From Camelus ferus (lineage: Eukaryota), in NCBI RefSeq assembly GCF_009834535.1, contig NC_045696.1, positions 12,340,001-12,404,000 of the forward strand: DNA of 64,000 bases, read 5' to 3'. A program made the translations under genes and the position numbers. The notes below the pieces were generated by a model, which saw only the letters and a list, made by a program, of their open reading frames with translations, ran no database searches and had not been told where the DNA came from. The stretch's first letter is position 1, and every line of letters starts with the position of its first letter. Shown here piece by piece: positions 37,521 to 50,595 of this stretch.

Positions 37521-37988
37521 TTTTTTTTTAACATTCCACATATAAGTGATATCATACAGAATTTTCTTTCTCTGTTTGACTTACTTCACTCAGCATAATG
37601 CCCTCAAGCTTCATCCATGTTGCTGCAAATGTCAGAATTTCCTTCTTTTTCATGGCTGAATAATATTCAAATACCTATGCATGTATACATTTATACATAT
37701 ACATAAATAGCTTATTTTCTTAATCCATTCATCTGTCAGTGAATACCTTGATAGTTTTCATGCCTTGGCTACTATGAATAATGCTGCAGTGAGCATGGGG
37801 GTGCAGATATCTCTTCAAAATAGTGATTTCATTTCTTTTGTATGTAAACCTAGAAGTGGAATTGCTGGATTATATGGTAGTTCTATTTTTAACTTCTTGA
37901 GGAACCTCTATAATAGCTTCCATACTGGTTGTACTAATTTACATTCCCACTTGCAATCCACAAGGGTTTCCTTTTCTCTGCATCCTTG
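37521..37988 (-). mobile_element. L1 ORF2 C-terminal fragment
   Basis: attccacatataagtgatatcatac…ccttggctactatgaataatgctgcagtgagcatgggggtgcagatatctcttc…ggttgtactaatttacattcccac. Confidence 0.9.
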
Positions 37989-39509
37989 TTATGTAATATT
38001 ATAATTTTTTAAAAATATATGTGCATCTATTACCACATTTCCATGACAAGACTGAAGTCTACTGTAAGATTCTAGTTGTTCAGGCTGATAAAAATTGATA
38101 TTGAGTTTGAAGAGGAGAGATATTTTTTAAATAGAGGCATACTAAACTGATAAAATGAAAAAAGGAAAGGGGAAGGGAGAGGGAGAAGGAATGGAAGAGA
38201 GAGAAGAGAATGTGTGTTTCTAGAAATTCAAAGACTGTATGTGTCAACTACCATTAGGGCTTGAAGTAAGAGCTCTAGAGTACACAACATCAGAGCACTG
38301 TGGATGGATGAAGAGGCAGAGAGAATGAGGTGAAGGCTGCATGGCCTGTAGGCCTCTGATGCTTCCAAGAAGGTCAGTGGAGGGCAGGAGATAAGGTGGT
38401 GTTGCAGAAGAAAAGATCTAATTTTTCCACCCAGATAGGACGAGCAATAATGAATTGCCCTCATTTTGCCAAGTTGTCAAGTCAAACTCAAATGTTAATT
38501 TATTAATACAAACTTCCTTGATGTTTAGATTAAAGATACCATTTTCCCTTTACTCTTCCTTCAGTACTTTCTTCTCTGACTGATTTAATAAATATAGTAG
38601 CTATGAATCTCAGTCCACAGACCCATTTTTTTAACTTTAAATTCAGTACATTTTTTTAAACTTTAGATCTAATTTAATCTTTTCCAGGGCCCCTAATTCA
38701 CAGAGATAATGAGCAAATCAATCTCAAACAGTCCTGGAGCCCCTACCATCTCAGGGCTGTTCCAGAATCCAGGATGTTAACAGGATCCCTAAAATGGAAA
38801 AGGAGGCTCTTAGCATCTAGCCATCATGGGCATGACTAACATTTGTGGTTTCTACCCAGTGGTGTTTTGATAGGTCTCTTATCCCAGGCTGCGGTTAAGA
38901 TCCAGCCTCTAGGATATGCTACCTCAGGGCAACACCAAGAGAGGGCTTGGATCCATGCTCTCTCTGGGAACCACTATTTAATTAAACTTTCTTTTAATTA
39001 TTGATCATTCTTCATTTCCCCAACCCCAAGTTGATTCTCAACAGTATCCCCATTTCTGTGTTCCCCAACATTCTCCTTCATTCAGGATACCTATTACAAT
39101 ACCTTAGGTCGATTTTGACCTTTCCAAAATATGCATTTCCCCTTGACATAAAGAGATCTGTCTGTTTATCTGAAAGAGGAAAAAGGAAAAACAATATAAT
39201 TAGGTACTTCAGTATTTTAGTCTAATCTAGTCTTTCACTAAACAACTATTTTCATCCCACAGAGAAAATTTAATTTTGAGCCAGGGCCCATCCAGAACAA
39301 GATGGAGCCAAATCTCTATCCTGAATCAAGAATAGTAACTATAGCACTCATTCAAAAGCTGGCTGGGTCCATTTGTCCTAATCTCTCCAAGCACTGGGTA
39401 GGTAAGCTTGGGTACCAGGCAAAATTTTTGCCTCTTAAAAGGTACCATCTCCCCTTGGAGAAATTCCAACCCACAGGAGCTACATTACAGCCAGGGAAGA
39501 TCATAATTA

Positions 39510-39660
39510 TTAATTCAACAAATTTGTATCGAGTGTCTACCATGTGCTAAGCACTGAGAATAAGACAGTGATCAAAACAAACAAAAATTCCTACCTTTAT
39601 GGAGTTTAGATACTAGAGATGTGGATACACAAAAGGTTTTTTAAAAAATTAGTAACCTAT
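39510..39660 (-). mobile_element. L2 3' end
   Basis: attcaacaaatttgtatcgagtgtctaccatgtgctaagcactg…cctacctttatggagtttagatactag. Confidence 0.75.
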
Positions 39661-40344
39661 GTAGCATATCAGCATAAGTTCTAGGGAGAAAATTTAATCT
39701 GAAAGAGGATCCCTTGAACTGTCATCTGGCAGGGGTTGCGGGGTGGGGAGAAGGGAGGTGGAAAATTTTTTAATTGAGTGGCTAAAAAAGGCCTCAGTGC
39801 CACAGGCCAGAAATGTCTCTGATGTTTTTGCACGATTACATAAAGCAGAGGGTGGGAGGTAGAGGATAACCACTCCAACTACAGCCATAACTCTTCACTG
39901 CTGAGACCTTTTCTCCAGCTTCTTGTACCATGAATTTGGAAGGCCATGCTCTGCTCACTAGCATAAGAGACATTGGCTTGCCACACTGATTCCTGCAAGA
40001 GATATCGCTCACCGCGCTGGGAACCCAGCCTTTAGTTTCACCCACTTCATCTTAGCTTCAAAGCAAAAAGAGTGCCAACCAAGCCAAGAATCTAATGGGA
40101 TCAGGGTAGCTCCACTCTCCAGTCACTTTCTATTTTCCTGCGACACCCCACCAACATTTTACTTCCATGTTACTGTCTCTGGTAACCATCTCTTTTGTTA
40201 TGAGGGCACTATCTTCCATAAAATGTAAGTTCTAACCTCTGAATATTCTTCTGAAATAAGGCAGGCCTCTCTCTAGGTATGTCATGAGATCTGGTCTTTT
40301 GCTGAGACAACATATCACCAGGTGGACTCCAGACCATCAGTGGC

Positions 40345-40690
40345 AGTGATGGTTAATTTTGTGTCAACTTGGCTGGGCCATTGTGCCCAGATCTGTGCTC
40401 AAACGTTATTCTGGATGTTTCTGTAAAGGTGTTTTTGGAGGAGATTAACATTTAAATTGGTGGGCTTTGATTTAAGCAGATTGTTCTCCATAATGTAAGT
40501 GGGCCTCATCCAAACAGTTGAAGGCATGAGTAGAACAAAGACTGACCTCCCGTGAGAAAGAAGGAATTCTGCCAGGGGACTGCCTTTGAATTTGAACTGC
40601 AGCTCCTTCCTGGGTCTCCAGCCTACCAGCCTACTCTGCAGATTTTGGACTTTTTAAGCCTCCACAATCATGTGAACCAATTTTCTTAAA

Positions 40691-40728
<38 letters not shown>

Positions 40729-40809
40729 TGTGTCTGTCTGTCTGTCTGTCTGTCTCTCTCCTAAGCATCTCCTGTTGGTTCTGATTCTCTGAAAACCCTA
40801 ACTGATACA
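40345..40809 (+). mobile_element. MLT2 (ERVL) solo LTR with internal (TG)n(TCTG)n microsatellite at ~40693-40760
   Basis: gtgatggttaattttgtgtcaacttggctgggcca…cctgttggttctgattctctgaaaaccctaactgataca. Confidence 0.9.
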
Positions 40810-42935
40810 GGTAGATAATGCCTATTTGAGGTGCCTGATCTAGGTAACTTTGTAATTGACTATGGAAGTGTTCTCCCTCAAACCTTGCAAAGTAGCAAGT
40901 TTAGGCTTTTCATTGCTGTGACACTCCCCTTTACCCCAACAGAAAGTCCTAGGAGGGGCCACTATAAGAATGTTTCTAATTTTCTGACCTAAGGAGTTAA
41001 ACAACCGATTCTACTTCCTTCCCTTCTTTTATCGGCTTCATTAGTACTCAGCAAATTTTCTACCACGGAAAAACATGTGTTTTTGTCTTTACTAAGAGAG
41101 TGTAAACTCCTCAAGGGCATGAGTCATGTGCTACATACACCATCATTGTAGCACGAACACACCAATGGCAGTACCTCATACCCAGTAGACACACCATAAA
41201 TAGCTGTTAGAGGAGAGAAAATTGAGGAAACTGTTTGCTGAGACACTGGATGAGAAAAGTTGACCTAATTTAACCCCAAGAACTAACCCAAGCATGCAGG
41301 TGTATCTGGTTTAATTTTGCATACCTTCTCTGAAAAATGACTTACCAAGCAGAACTTCACATATTGCGGTTATAAGGATGAAATTTTTTCACTGGCTCCA
41401 GTGCACTTGGTTTAAATAGCGTTTCGTTTTGCTAAACTTTATTTTCGTTTGAAACTCCACAAATGTGAAATCATTTGAATCAAACCAGATGCAAGCATTC
41501 GGAAGACCCTGGAAGTTCCTGTCAGCCTGTTTCATGTGTGAAACAACTGAATTTCACTTCACTTCAGGTGAACTCTCATCTGAAGTGCCCCTTTCCCCTG
41601 ACTGTCTTTTAAACTCCTTCACCCTTACTATTTTTTGGGGAAAATCAAATAATCTTCAAAAAAGTTTTGCACTTATTCCTTAAAAATAAGTTTCTTTTTC
41701 CTTTGGCAACTGTAAAATAATTCAGAAATACATGGGTAAGCACATTACATGTATGTGTAATGTTTGCATATTCAACTCACCCACACATACCCAATGTCCT
41801 CTTAGTTCACTGTAGTTTATGTGGACCTATAATAACAGGCCAGTTCAGGAATGATGTATGCCTTAACATTAACAGAAACGTGAGGACAAAGTTTTCCATT
41901 GTCATATATCCTACTGTTTGGATATGTAAGCTTCTAAAGTGGTTGGCAAATGATACTTGTTCCAAATTCAACTTGGAACCCCAGCCTATCTTAAGCATAG
42001 TCTTTTTACTTATGCAGTATAAAATACACAGAGATCTAGAAAACAAATGAATTTTTAACCATAGTATATCCTCCTTAACTATTCCTATTTTTCAGAAGCA
42101 CCCACATTTCATATGTCCATCTTTATACACAAACACTAATCAAAGGATGGGATTATTGTTATATCCACTTAGGGAAAATTATCTGTAAAAAATGTAAATG
42201 CAATGAGGAAAATGATGATATACATTAAAATATAGACACATAGGAGAAAACAGTGTTTTTCTTTTAGATTCATGATGGGAAATCACACAGAAACACAATA
42301 AAATGTAGTCTCTTTGTCTTTTTTTTTCCTCTTCTGAACCACTGTTGTAGTTTAGAGAGGAAGAGAGAAAGGCAGCGACTTTCTGCAGGTTAACCTGGCA
42401 GCCCTAGGGGGGTCCACTGGGTGACCTGACTAGGTGGCACTGTTGGTTTTGCTGGGATATTCAGAACACAGGCTTTACAAAACTAATGATCACATGTACT
42501 CCATGTCTACTACATGCCAGGTATTTGGAAGCCATATTGATTCTCTCAACCATCTTTTATTTACCAAATGTCCTTAAACTCATTTTTCATATGAGGAAAC
42601 AAGTTAAGCAGAAGCAAGTAGGTTGCCCTCCAAACTACAGAACAAATAAGAGACAGATTTAAATTTTAAAACTGGCCCATTCAAAACTTCATGCTTTTTC
42701 TACTATTAAAGCCTGGAAGAAGAAAGCCCCAGGGCTCCTTTTTTTCCCCCCCTTTTTCTTTTTAAATATTTCTATTCTACAGTTTGTTTCTTGGTGATTC
42801 CACAGCTGTCCATTTACTGGCCCATTTTAAATTAAAGATCCTTAGTTTCTCATGTCTTACTTGTTGATCAAAGTAGTGAATTCTATTTAAGAAAAGAAAA
42901 CATTTAATTGAAGGAGGGTGGGAGGAGTGGGCCTC

Positions 42936-43409
42936 TCTTATGGGTTGAATGGTGGCTTCCAAAAATGATAGGTTGAAATCCAAACCCCAGTACCTCAGAG
43001 TGTGAACTGATTTGCAAATAGGGTCTTTATAAAGTTGATAAGGTAAAAATGAGGTCCTTAAGTTGGCCTCTAATCCAGTGTGACTGGACTGTTGTCCTTA
43101 TAAAAAGGGAACATTTGGACACAGACAGATACACATAGAGGGAAGACAATGTGAAGAGACATCTGGAGAAGATGGCCCTCTGATTAAAGTGATGCATCTA
43201 CAAGCCCAGGAACACCAAAAATTGCCAGAAAATCACCAGAAGCCAAGATGAAGCAATGGAAAATCCATCTATAGTTTTCAGAGGGAATATAGCCCTGTGG
43301 ACACTTTGATTTTGGACTTCCAACCTCCAGATCTGTGAGATAATAAAATCCTGTTGTTTTGAGTCACCGAGGTGGTGGTACTCTGTTATGGCCCTGGGAA
43401 ACTAGTACA
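42936..43409 (+). mobile_element. MaLR solo LTR, MLT1B/C-like
   Basis: ttatgggttgaatggtggc…gccctgggaaactagtaca. Perfect 5-bp TSD GCCTC at 42931-42935 and 43410-43414. Confidence 0.92.
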
Positions 43410-43449
43410 GCCTCCAATTGATGAAAATCAAGAACCACAAAGCCTTTCT

Positions 43450-43595
43450 CTTCCTCACAGTGTGATCCTGGGACCAGCCACACATGCACCATCTGGGAAC
43501 AGCATGGGGCCCAGGCCAGACCTATGCAGTCGAAATCTGCTTCTCACCAACTTCCCCAAGTGATTCACGTGAACATTCCTGGAGAAGCACTACTA
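43450..43595. mobile_element. MER5A-like MITE with internal deletion
   Basis: gtgtgatcctgggaccagc…catctgggaac…gaaatctgc…ttccccaagtgattc…ggagaagcact. Confidence 0.6.
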
Positions 43596-43915
43596 GTGAG
43601 AAGAGGGGGTGCAAATGGGTTGGACGGTAAATTTTGATGATTTTCAAGAAAAAAAAAAAGAAGAGAGAAAAATATTGCCAGATGGCACTTCTGAAATGTT
43701 GTTGCAGGAGGACTGGAGGTTCTAGGAGGTGCCTGGAAGAGAGAAATGTGCGCAGCTCAGCAGGAAGTGAGTATCTTCACCAGCAAAAGCCAAAAATATC
43801 TCTCTGAAAGATGCAGGGACCTGGAATGACCAAGAAGGAGAACAGGAGCAGACCCAGGATGACCTTGGGAAGGAAAAGCTGAAAATGGGTTCAAAACTAA
43901 AGGAAATTTTTTTTC

Positions 43916-44149
43916 AAAAAAATGATACAAATGAACTTATTTATAAAACAGAAAGAGGCTTACAGACATAGAACACAAATTTATGGTTACCAAAGGGGAA
44001 AGGTAGGGGACGGATAAATTAGGATTTGGGGATTAGCAGATACAAACTACTGTATATAAAATAGATAGACAACTATGTCCTACTGTATAGAACAGGGAAC
44101 TACATTCAATACCTTATAATAGCCTATAATGGAAAAGAATATAGACATA

Positions 44150-44194
<45 letters not shown>

Positions 44195-44262
44195 CTGAAT
44201 CACTATGCTGTACACCAGAAACTAACACAATGTTGTAAATCAACTATATAAAAAAAAAAAAA
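43916..44262 (+). mobile_element. L1 3'UTR-only copy with expanded (TG)n(TA)n
   Basis: aaaatgatacaaatgaacttatttataaaacagaaa…gctgtacaccagaaactaacacaatgttgtaaatcaactat followed by an A-tail. Confidence 0.92.
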
Positions 44263-45890
44263 CCACCCAGAAGCAGAAGAGCCATGGGTGGGCTCAAAGG
44301 AAGGTGGGTACATCTTCCTTTAGTGTCTGAATAACCAGGGAGCTCCAGAGAAGCCTAGGACACAACAGAACTCTTGGTTGTCACACACCTTTTACAAAGC
44401 CTTTTTATTAGTTCATATTAAGCAAATTTTGTCCTGTTAACTACCTTTTTCTCAAAAGTACTGAGTAAGGAGCACATCTCAAGAGGAAGCCCTAAACTGT
44501 CTAGCAATTTTGCCCAGAAGTTCTGGGTCAGGATTGGAACTGGACTTGCTCCTTTCAAAGCTCATGGGCCTGACTCAAGTTAGAGTCACTTGCTGAGTTG
44601 TGGGAACTTGTTCAACACACACAGGAAGATAAGGGGCCTAAAATAAAGGAAACATGATTGATCCCAGCTGAGATTTGAAAAAAGGGGTGAAAATGCAAGG
44701 AGTCTGTTCCAGATAGCAAAAGTGAGAGAGAGGAAACTTCTCAATCTGAGGCTTAGCTTGGAGAGACCTCTGAGATACAGAAAATGCCCAGAGCCTGAAA
44801 ATAGGTTGATGAAGGGCTGAAATGGGTAAACCTTAGCCACTGCTTTCTTCTAAGCAGATCCACATCCTACCCAGGTGAGAAAATTCTAATCAGAGTAGCT
44901 GTAAGTGGTCCATACAGTTTCAAATTGAGGGCTAGAAATTCTTGATTCCTTCCTTTTCCCATTTATGGACACCACATGCCAAAAATCAATATATTACAGT
45001 AACAAATAATTTGAATCCTTGGCTAGAAATAATCCAAATCTTCAAATTCTTAATTTTAAATCTCTCAAAAATAGAACAAACCAATAAGTCACATACAGGC
45101 CTTTATTTAACTCTGACAAAATCAAATCATCCATCCATTTTTAATTCTCTTTTCAACTTTGTAGCGCTTAAAATATTCACTGGAGATTAAAAAAACTAAA
45201 TACACATCAATAAAAATTCTGTTACAGAATAAAATATCTGTTTTATAGATTAGAGAGATTGCTGAAAACAGTTGTACACTGTTTTCTTATGAGTTTATTT
45301 GGATTGTATATGAGTTTATTTGGGATTCTTATTTTGTGTAATAACTAGGTGGGGTAGCCAAAAAATTCTGTTGAACTATTAAGATGAGAATTCTAAGATG
45401 AGAATTCTAAACAGTCCACTTTGAGAACAAATGAGATTGTCATATCAACACTTAATAACTATAACACGGATTGCAAAACATTGAAAGGCAGAAAAAAAAA
45501 AACCCTCTGGAAATACTATCTTCCACCACCCTCTCCCACATACACACAGCCAAGATGCATTGCATTTTTTTTTAACACAGGAAACATTTGTGGGACAAAC
45601 GTGGAATAGGAAGAATTGTATCATGCTCCCAAGTCAGCTGAATTTGAAATAAATCAGAAGTTAAAGACACTGATACCCTTGTCCTGTTTCTCCCCTTTCT
45701 GCTTGTTGTTTTCAAGGACCAATTAAAAAACTGTAACCTTCCATGACCTCTCCCTCTGAATTTCAATTGTCTGAACCAATTCACTATTTCCATTTCTTGG
45801 TGTGAATTTTAATGCATACATATATATGCTGTGAAGCTGTGAAGATGAATGTCTTCAGACACTGGGCCTGGAATCTTAACATAAAGACTA

Positions 45891-46127
45891 TTGGTGGGAA
45901 TGTGGCTTAGTGCAGCCATTATGGAAAACAGTATGGAGATTCTTCTAAAAACTGAAAATAAATTTATCCTATGATCCAATAATCCCACTCCTGGGCATAT
46001 ATCTAGAGAAAACTCTAATTCAAAAAGTTATATGCATCCCAGTGTTCACAGCAGCACTATTTGCAGTAGCCAAGAAATGGGAAGCAGTCTAAATGTCCAT
46101 CAATAGACGAATGGATAAAGTAGTGAG

Positions 46128-46178
<51 letters not shown>

Positions 46179-46830
46179 ACATATTCACTGGAGATTCTGT
46201 TACTTACCCTTGGCTTCAGAGAACTTCCTTTACTTTCCCTTGGCTTCAGAGAACTTCCTTTTCCCTTCCTTAAATTTTTATTGATGTGTATTTAAATTTT
46301 TTAAATCTCCAGTGAATATGTGTAAGATACACACACACACACACACACACCTCTCACACAATGGAATACTACTAAACCATAAAAAAGGATGGAATAATGC
46401 CATTTGCAGCAACATGGATGGACCTAGAGATCATCAAACTAACTGAAATAAGCTAGAAAGAGAAAGAAAAATACCATATGATATCATTTATATGTAGAAT
46501 CTTAAAAAAAAAAAAAGGACACAAATGAACTTACTTATAAAACAGACACAGACTCACAGACATAGAAAACAAACTTGTGGTTACTTGTGGGGAAAGGGAG
46601 TGGGGAGGGATAAATTGGGAGTTCAGGATTTGTAGATACTAACTGCTATAAATAAAATAAACAAGGCCCTACTGTATAGCACAGGAAACTATATTCAATA
46701 CCTTGTAATGGCCTATAATGAAAAAGAATATGAAAAGAAATACATGTATATGTATAAATGAATCACTATGCTGTACACCAGAAATTAACATAGCATTGTA
46801 AATTGATTATACTTCGATTAAAAAAAAAAA
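45891..46830 (+). mobile_element. 5'-truncated L1, interrupted at ~46131-46350 by (TA)n, a templated insert and (CA)n
   Basis: ttggtgggaatgt…gcagccattatggaaaacagtatggagattc…3'UTR and A-tail. aaagacta occurs at both ends (TSD-like). Confidence 0.92.
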
Positions 46831-49708
46831 GACTAGATTATTAGTAGTTTGCTTATGTTATCGTTTGAAATAGTCTGATTCAAATACTATGAGAGGGTTG
46901 AAGATCTAATGATGCATTTTAAGTAGAAAGACTGCAGCCAAGATGGTCAACAAGCACTCATCCTGTTCCATCTTCATGCAGCAGCCTCATAGGTACCATG
47001 TGCTCATGAGGGAATTCTATTCCTAACAACTCCTGGAATAAAAGCAGTCTCAGGATGGTCATTGCTTTTTTTTTTTTTTTCTCAAAGTTTTTTTTATCAA
47101 GAGTTGTGACCATGTCTTGTGAATGCATCACTATTGAGCTTTCTTTTCCCAGGGAAGCCCAGAATCATTCACTGTGTTGAAGAAACTTTTCTCAGAAAGG
47201 CCAAGATGAACCCAGTATGCGTCATAAAACAAGTTTTCAAGCTGCCAACCTTGACTTGGCTAAACGCTCCTATATAACTATGGGCTTATGACTTAACACC
47301 GTCTCATTCCAGTCTCCAGACAGTTGGAAGAAGTAGGGAAAATGATGTCGGGCAAACTCATATGATGCATTTGTTTCATACGGACACAGTCATCAAGTTA
47401 GAAGTAGACCTCTTGCTCCAAATAGACTCTTCAGAGCAACCTGGAACTTCACCCTCTTGGTCATTATAATATACAGCACATCATTATTGCTAAGCCAGTT
47501 CCTTCTAGCCCGCCCTCCCTCCCTCCTTCACTGTAAAGCAAAATTGTCCATGTAACACTTTCACAAATGTTAAAAACAGAACTGTGTTTTATGATTTTCT
47601 TGGCATTGCTTCATAACTCCAGTCATTCCTTCCTTCTCTTCAAACTTGATGAAATCATAACAATTCATAACCTTGGATTAGAATGGTTGTGTGATACACT
47701 TTTGTAGCAGCAATAAGCCTATTATATTACCCATATAAATGGGCTTAAAAATAATAGTGATATCCTTAACTAAGTCTAGTGTGTCAGAGAATCATATAAG
47801 ACTTCAGTCATATTTAATACCGTTAAAATTAAGCCAGCATAAATGTATCGAGCTTTGGAAGTCACAGGCTTTCTGTTTCTGGAGAGGACAAAGAGGTGTC
47901 AGGATGACTATCTGTCACAGATGTTTTGGATAAGAAGTGAGACTCTAACCTATGCATCTTCAAATTCTCTGAAGTCAGGATTCTAACACAGAGGGCAAAA
48001 TGACTGGGAAACAAAAAAGAGTGAGAGATGATGAGTCTGAAGTAAAATAATTTAATGTTAAAGAGTCATGTCAAGATAAAATGCCAGCTCAAAGGTGCCA
48101 AGATGGCAGAGTAGAGAGACTCACAGCTTGCCCTCTCCCATAAATACACCAAGAATTACATCTACAAATCCACTGAATCACACAGGACACCTGTTGAACT
48201 CTGGCAGAGTATCTCTGGCTTCAGAACACAGGAGGATTCTCACAAAATCCAGCGAGAGAAAAAAAAAAAAGAAAAGAGAAAGAAAATCATTGCCTGACCA
48301 GCCCTGCAGGGAAGGAGTGGCAAAGGAAGAAAGGCACCTTCCTGCTGAGATGCCCCCTCTCCAGCTGGGAGGTCAGCAGGGACAGAAGCAGAGCTGCCAA
48401 GTCTCAGAGGAGAAAATGGTAGCTGCTTGGAAGATAGAACTAAGAGAAACTGGCACAGAGGGTCCTTGAGACCCCCCAGCCCTAGACACAAGCAGGCAAG
48501 GACAGGCTGGGATTTGCTGATGGAGACTGGTGATAAGGCCAGGAGAGGGCTGGGGCCCACTGCACAGAGGCAGCCTCAGAAGACTGGAAGGCAGTGTAAG
48601 CTCACTGGAGGGGTGTGTGCAACAGAACAGGCTGGGACCCCAACAGAAAAGCACCACTGCTGGTTTGTGTGACAGGGAGGGGTGTAACATAGCCTCACCA
48701 TAGATGCTATCTCCATTTGGCTCCATTGTTGGTGTGTTCTTACAAGAAGAGAGGTAAGGCTCAGTCATAGCCATCACTGCTTCATGGAGACAAGGCTGAA
48801 AGCTAAATCCATACCCAGGGTCCCTGAAACTTCACAGACAAGACTGAGATTTGTTTACAGCCCCAGGCAGATAGGATGGATTTTCTCCACTGGTGCCATT
48901 GTGAACCTGCACCTCTGAGATAAACAGGCAATGAGTGGAGTTCTGACGCACTGTAGGGGTGAGTACAGGTACTTACAATAGCCCAGCATACCATACCATA
49001 TGCAGAGGTGGGGCTGGGGTCCACACTGACCCTGTGGCGCACCACAGATTCAGGTGTGTGACTGAACACTTGCTACAGCAGGTCCTAGTGCCTGACATTG
49101 GCAGATCTGCACTGGTGGTTCCTGGGACCCAGAACCTGGGGGACACCAGAGCAGTTTGCAGACATTTCCACAGCTAAGGTGGGAACAAAGGCAGTGTAAC
49201 AAAGAGTACTTTGTAAGCCCACATAATAAGTGACAGACGGCACCACAGAGGGCACTTCCCAGTGGACATCTTCCGCAGTGGTATACTCAGACTCTTCTTC
49301 CCAGCTGAAATGCTCCAACCCTGCCTACCACACACCACAGTTCAGAAATGGGTCTAGAAGCCTCCATTCCAGCAACAGGGGAGCAGACTCAGCCGTGTCA
49401 AGGCTGTGACAACCACAGAACAAAATAGAAGGCCCTGCTCAACAACAACAGTCATGGCAGGCTCCGATCACCACAGCACCAACCACACCCCCAACAAAGG
49501 AATAACAGCCCACACACATGGAAGAAACACACAACAACCATCCATACTAAGAACAGCCCTTGCAACAAACTATTAGATGCGCACAGTCTACACAGGAATG
49601 TTCCCACTTTAAATAAAAACAAACAAACAACAACAAACAAAAAAGCCCTTCAAGACCAGTACATAACCAATACTCCTAAATCCATAGAGCCAAAGAAATA
49701 TAAGTAAA

Positions 49709-50595
49709 ATGAAGAAGCAGAGGAACCACTCCCAATTAAAAGAACAAGAGAAATCCTCTGAAAGAACAAATAATGAGAGAGACCTCAGCAGTCTACTAGA
49801 TCACTTCAAAAAGGGGGTAATAAGAGCACTGAAGGAAATAAGAGAGACTATAAACAGAGACAGAGAATACTATATAAAGGAAATAAAAACTACAAAGAGG
49901 AACCAGTTAAAAACAGAAAACTCAATGGCTGAGAAAAGAGCTGAGCTAAAGGCAGTCAAAAGCAGACCAGATAATGCAGAGGAATGAATAAGTGATTTAA
50001 AGGACAGAATAACAAAAGTCACCCAATCAGAACAACAGACAGAAAAGCAAGTAAAATAAATAAAAGCAATATAAGGGACCTATAGAATAACATAAAACAT
50101 GCGAACTTATGCATAATAGGGATCCCAGAAGAAGAAGAAAGAGAAAAGGGGATTGAAAAGGTATTTGAAGAAATCATGACTGAAAACTTCCCAAACCTAA
50201 AGAAAGAAACAGATATTCAAGTACAGGAAGAATAGAGGGTCTCAAACAAGAAGAACCCAAACAGACCCACACAAGACATGATTTAATTAAGATGCCCAAA
50301 GTTAAAGATAAAGAAATGATTCTAAAAACAGCAAGATAAAAATAAAGAGTAAGTTACAAGGGAACCCCCATAAGGCTTTCAACTGATTTCACTTCACAAA
50401 CACTGCTGGCCAGAAGGGAGTGACAAGATATATTCAAAATCCTGAATGAAAAAAAGCTGCAACCTAGGATACCCTATGCATCAAGACCATCCATTAGAAT
50501 AGAAGGAGAGATGAAGAATTTCACAAACAAGTAAACTAAAAGAATTCAGCAATACTAAAGCCATCCTAAAAGAAATATTGAAAGGTCTATTCTAA
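49709..50595 (+). pseudogene. L1 ORF1p (disrupted)
   Basis: MKKQRNHSQLKEQEKS… coiled-coil start, then premature stops and frameshifts. Later blocks such as NLCIIGIPEEEE and ENFPNLKKE are L1 ORF1 RRM motifs. Confidence 0.9.

Noticed and set aside
46201..46260. 30-bp direct repeats as a CRISPR-like array
   Set aside because: Only two adjacent units, no spacers, and the DNA is mammalian; it is a simple tandem duplication.
47962..47980. Possible inverted donor for the 30-mer at 46201-46260
   Set aside because: Only 15 of 19 positions match with a 10-nt exact core, which is compatible with chance.
48240..48777. Antisense ORFs (106 and 134 aa) in the L1 5'UTR as an ORF0 analogue
   Set aside because: The GC-rich UTR has ORFs in several frames on both strands, the element is heavily decayed, and I see no similarity to primate ORF0.
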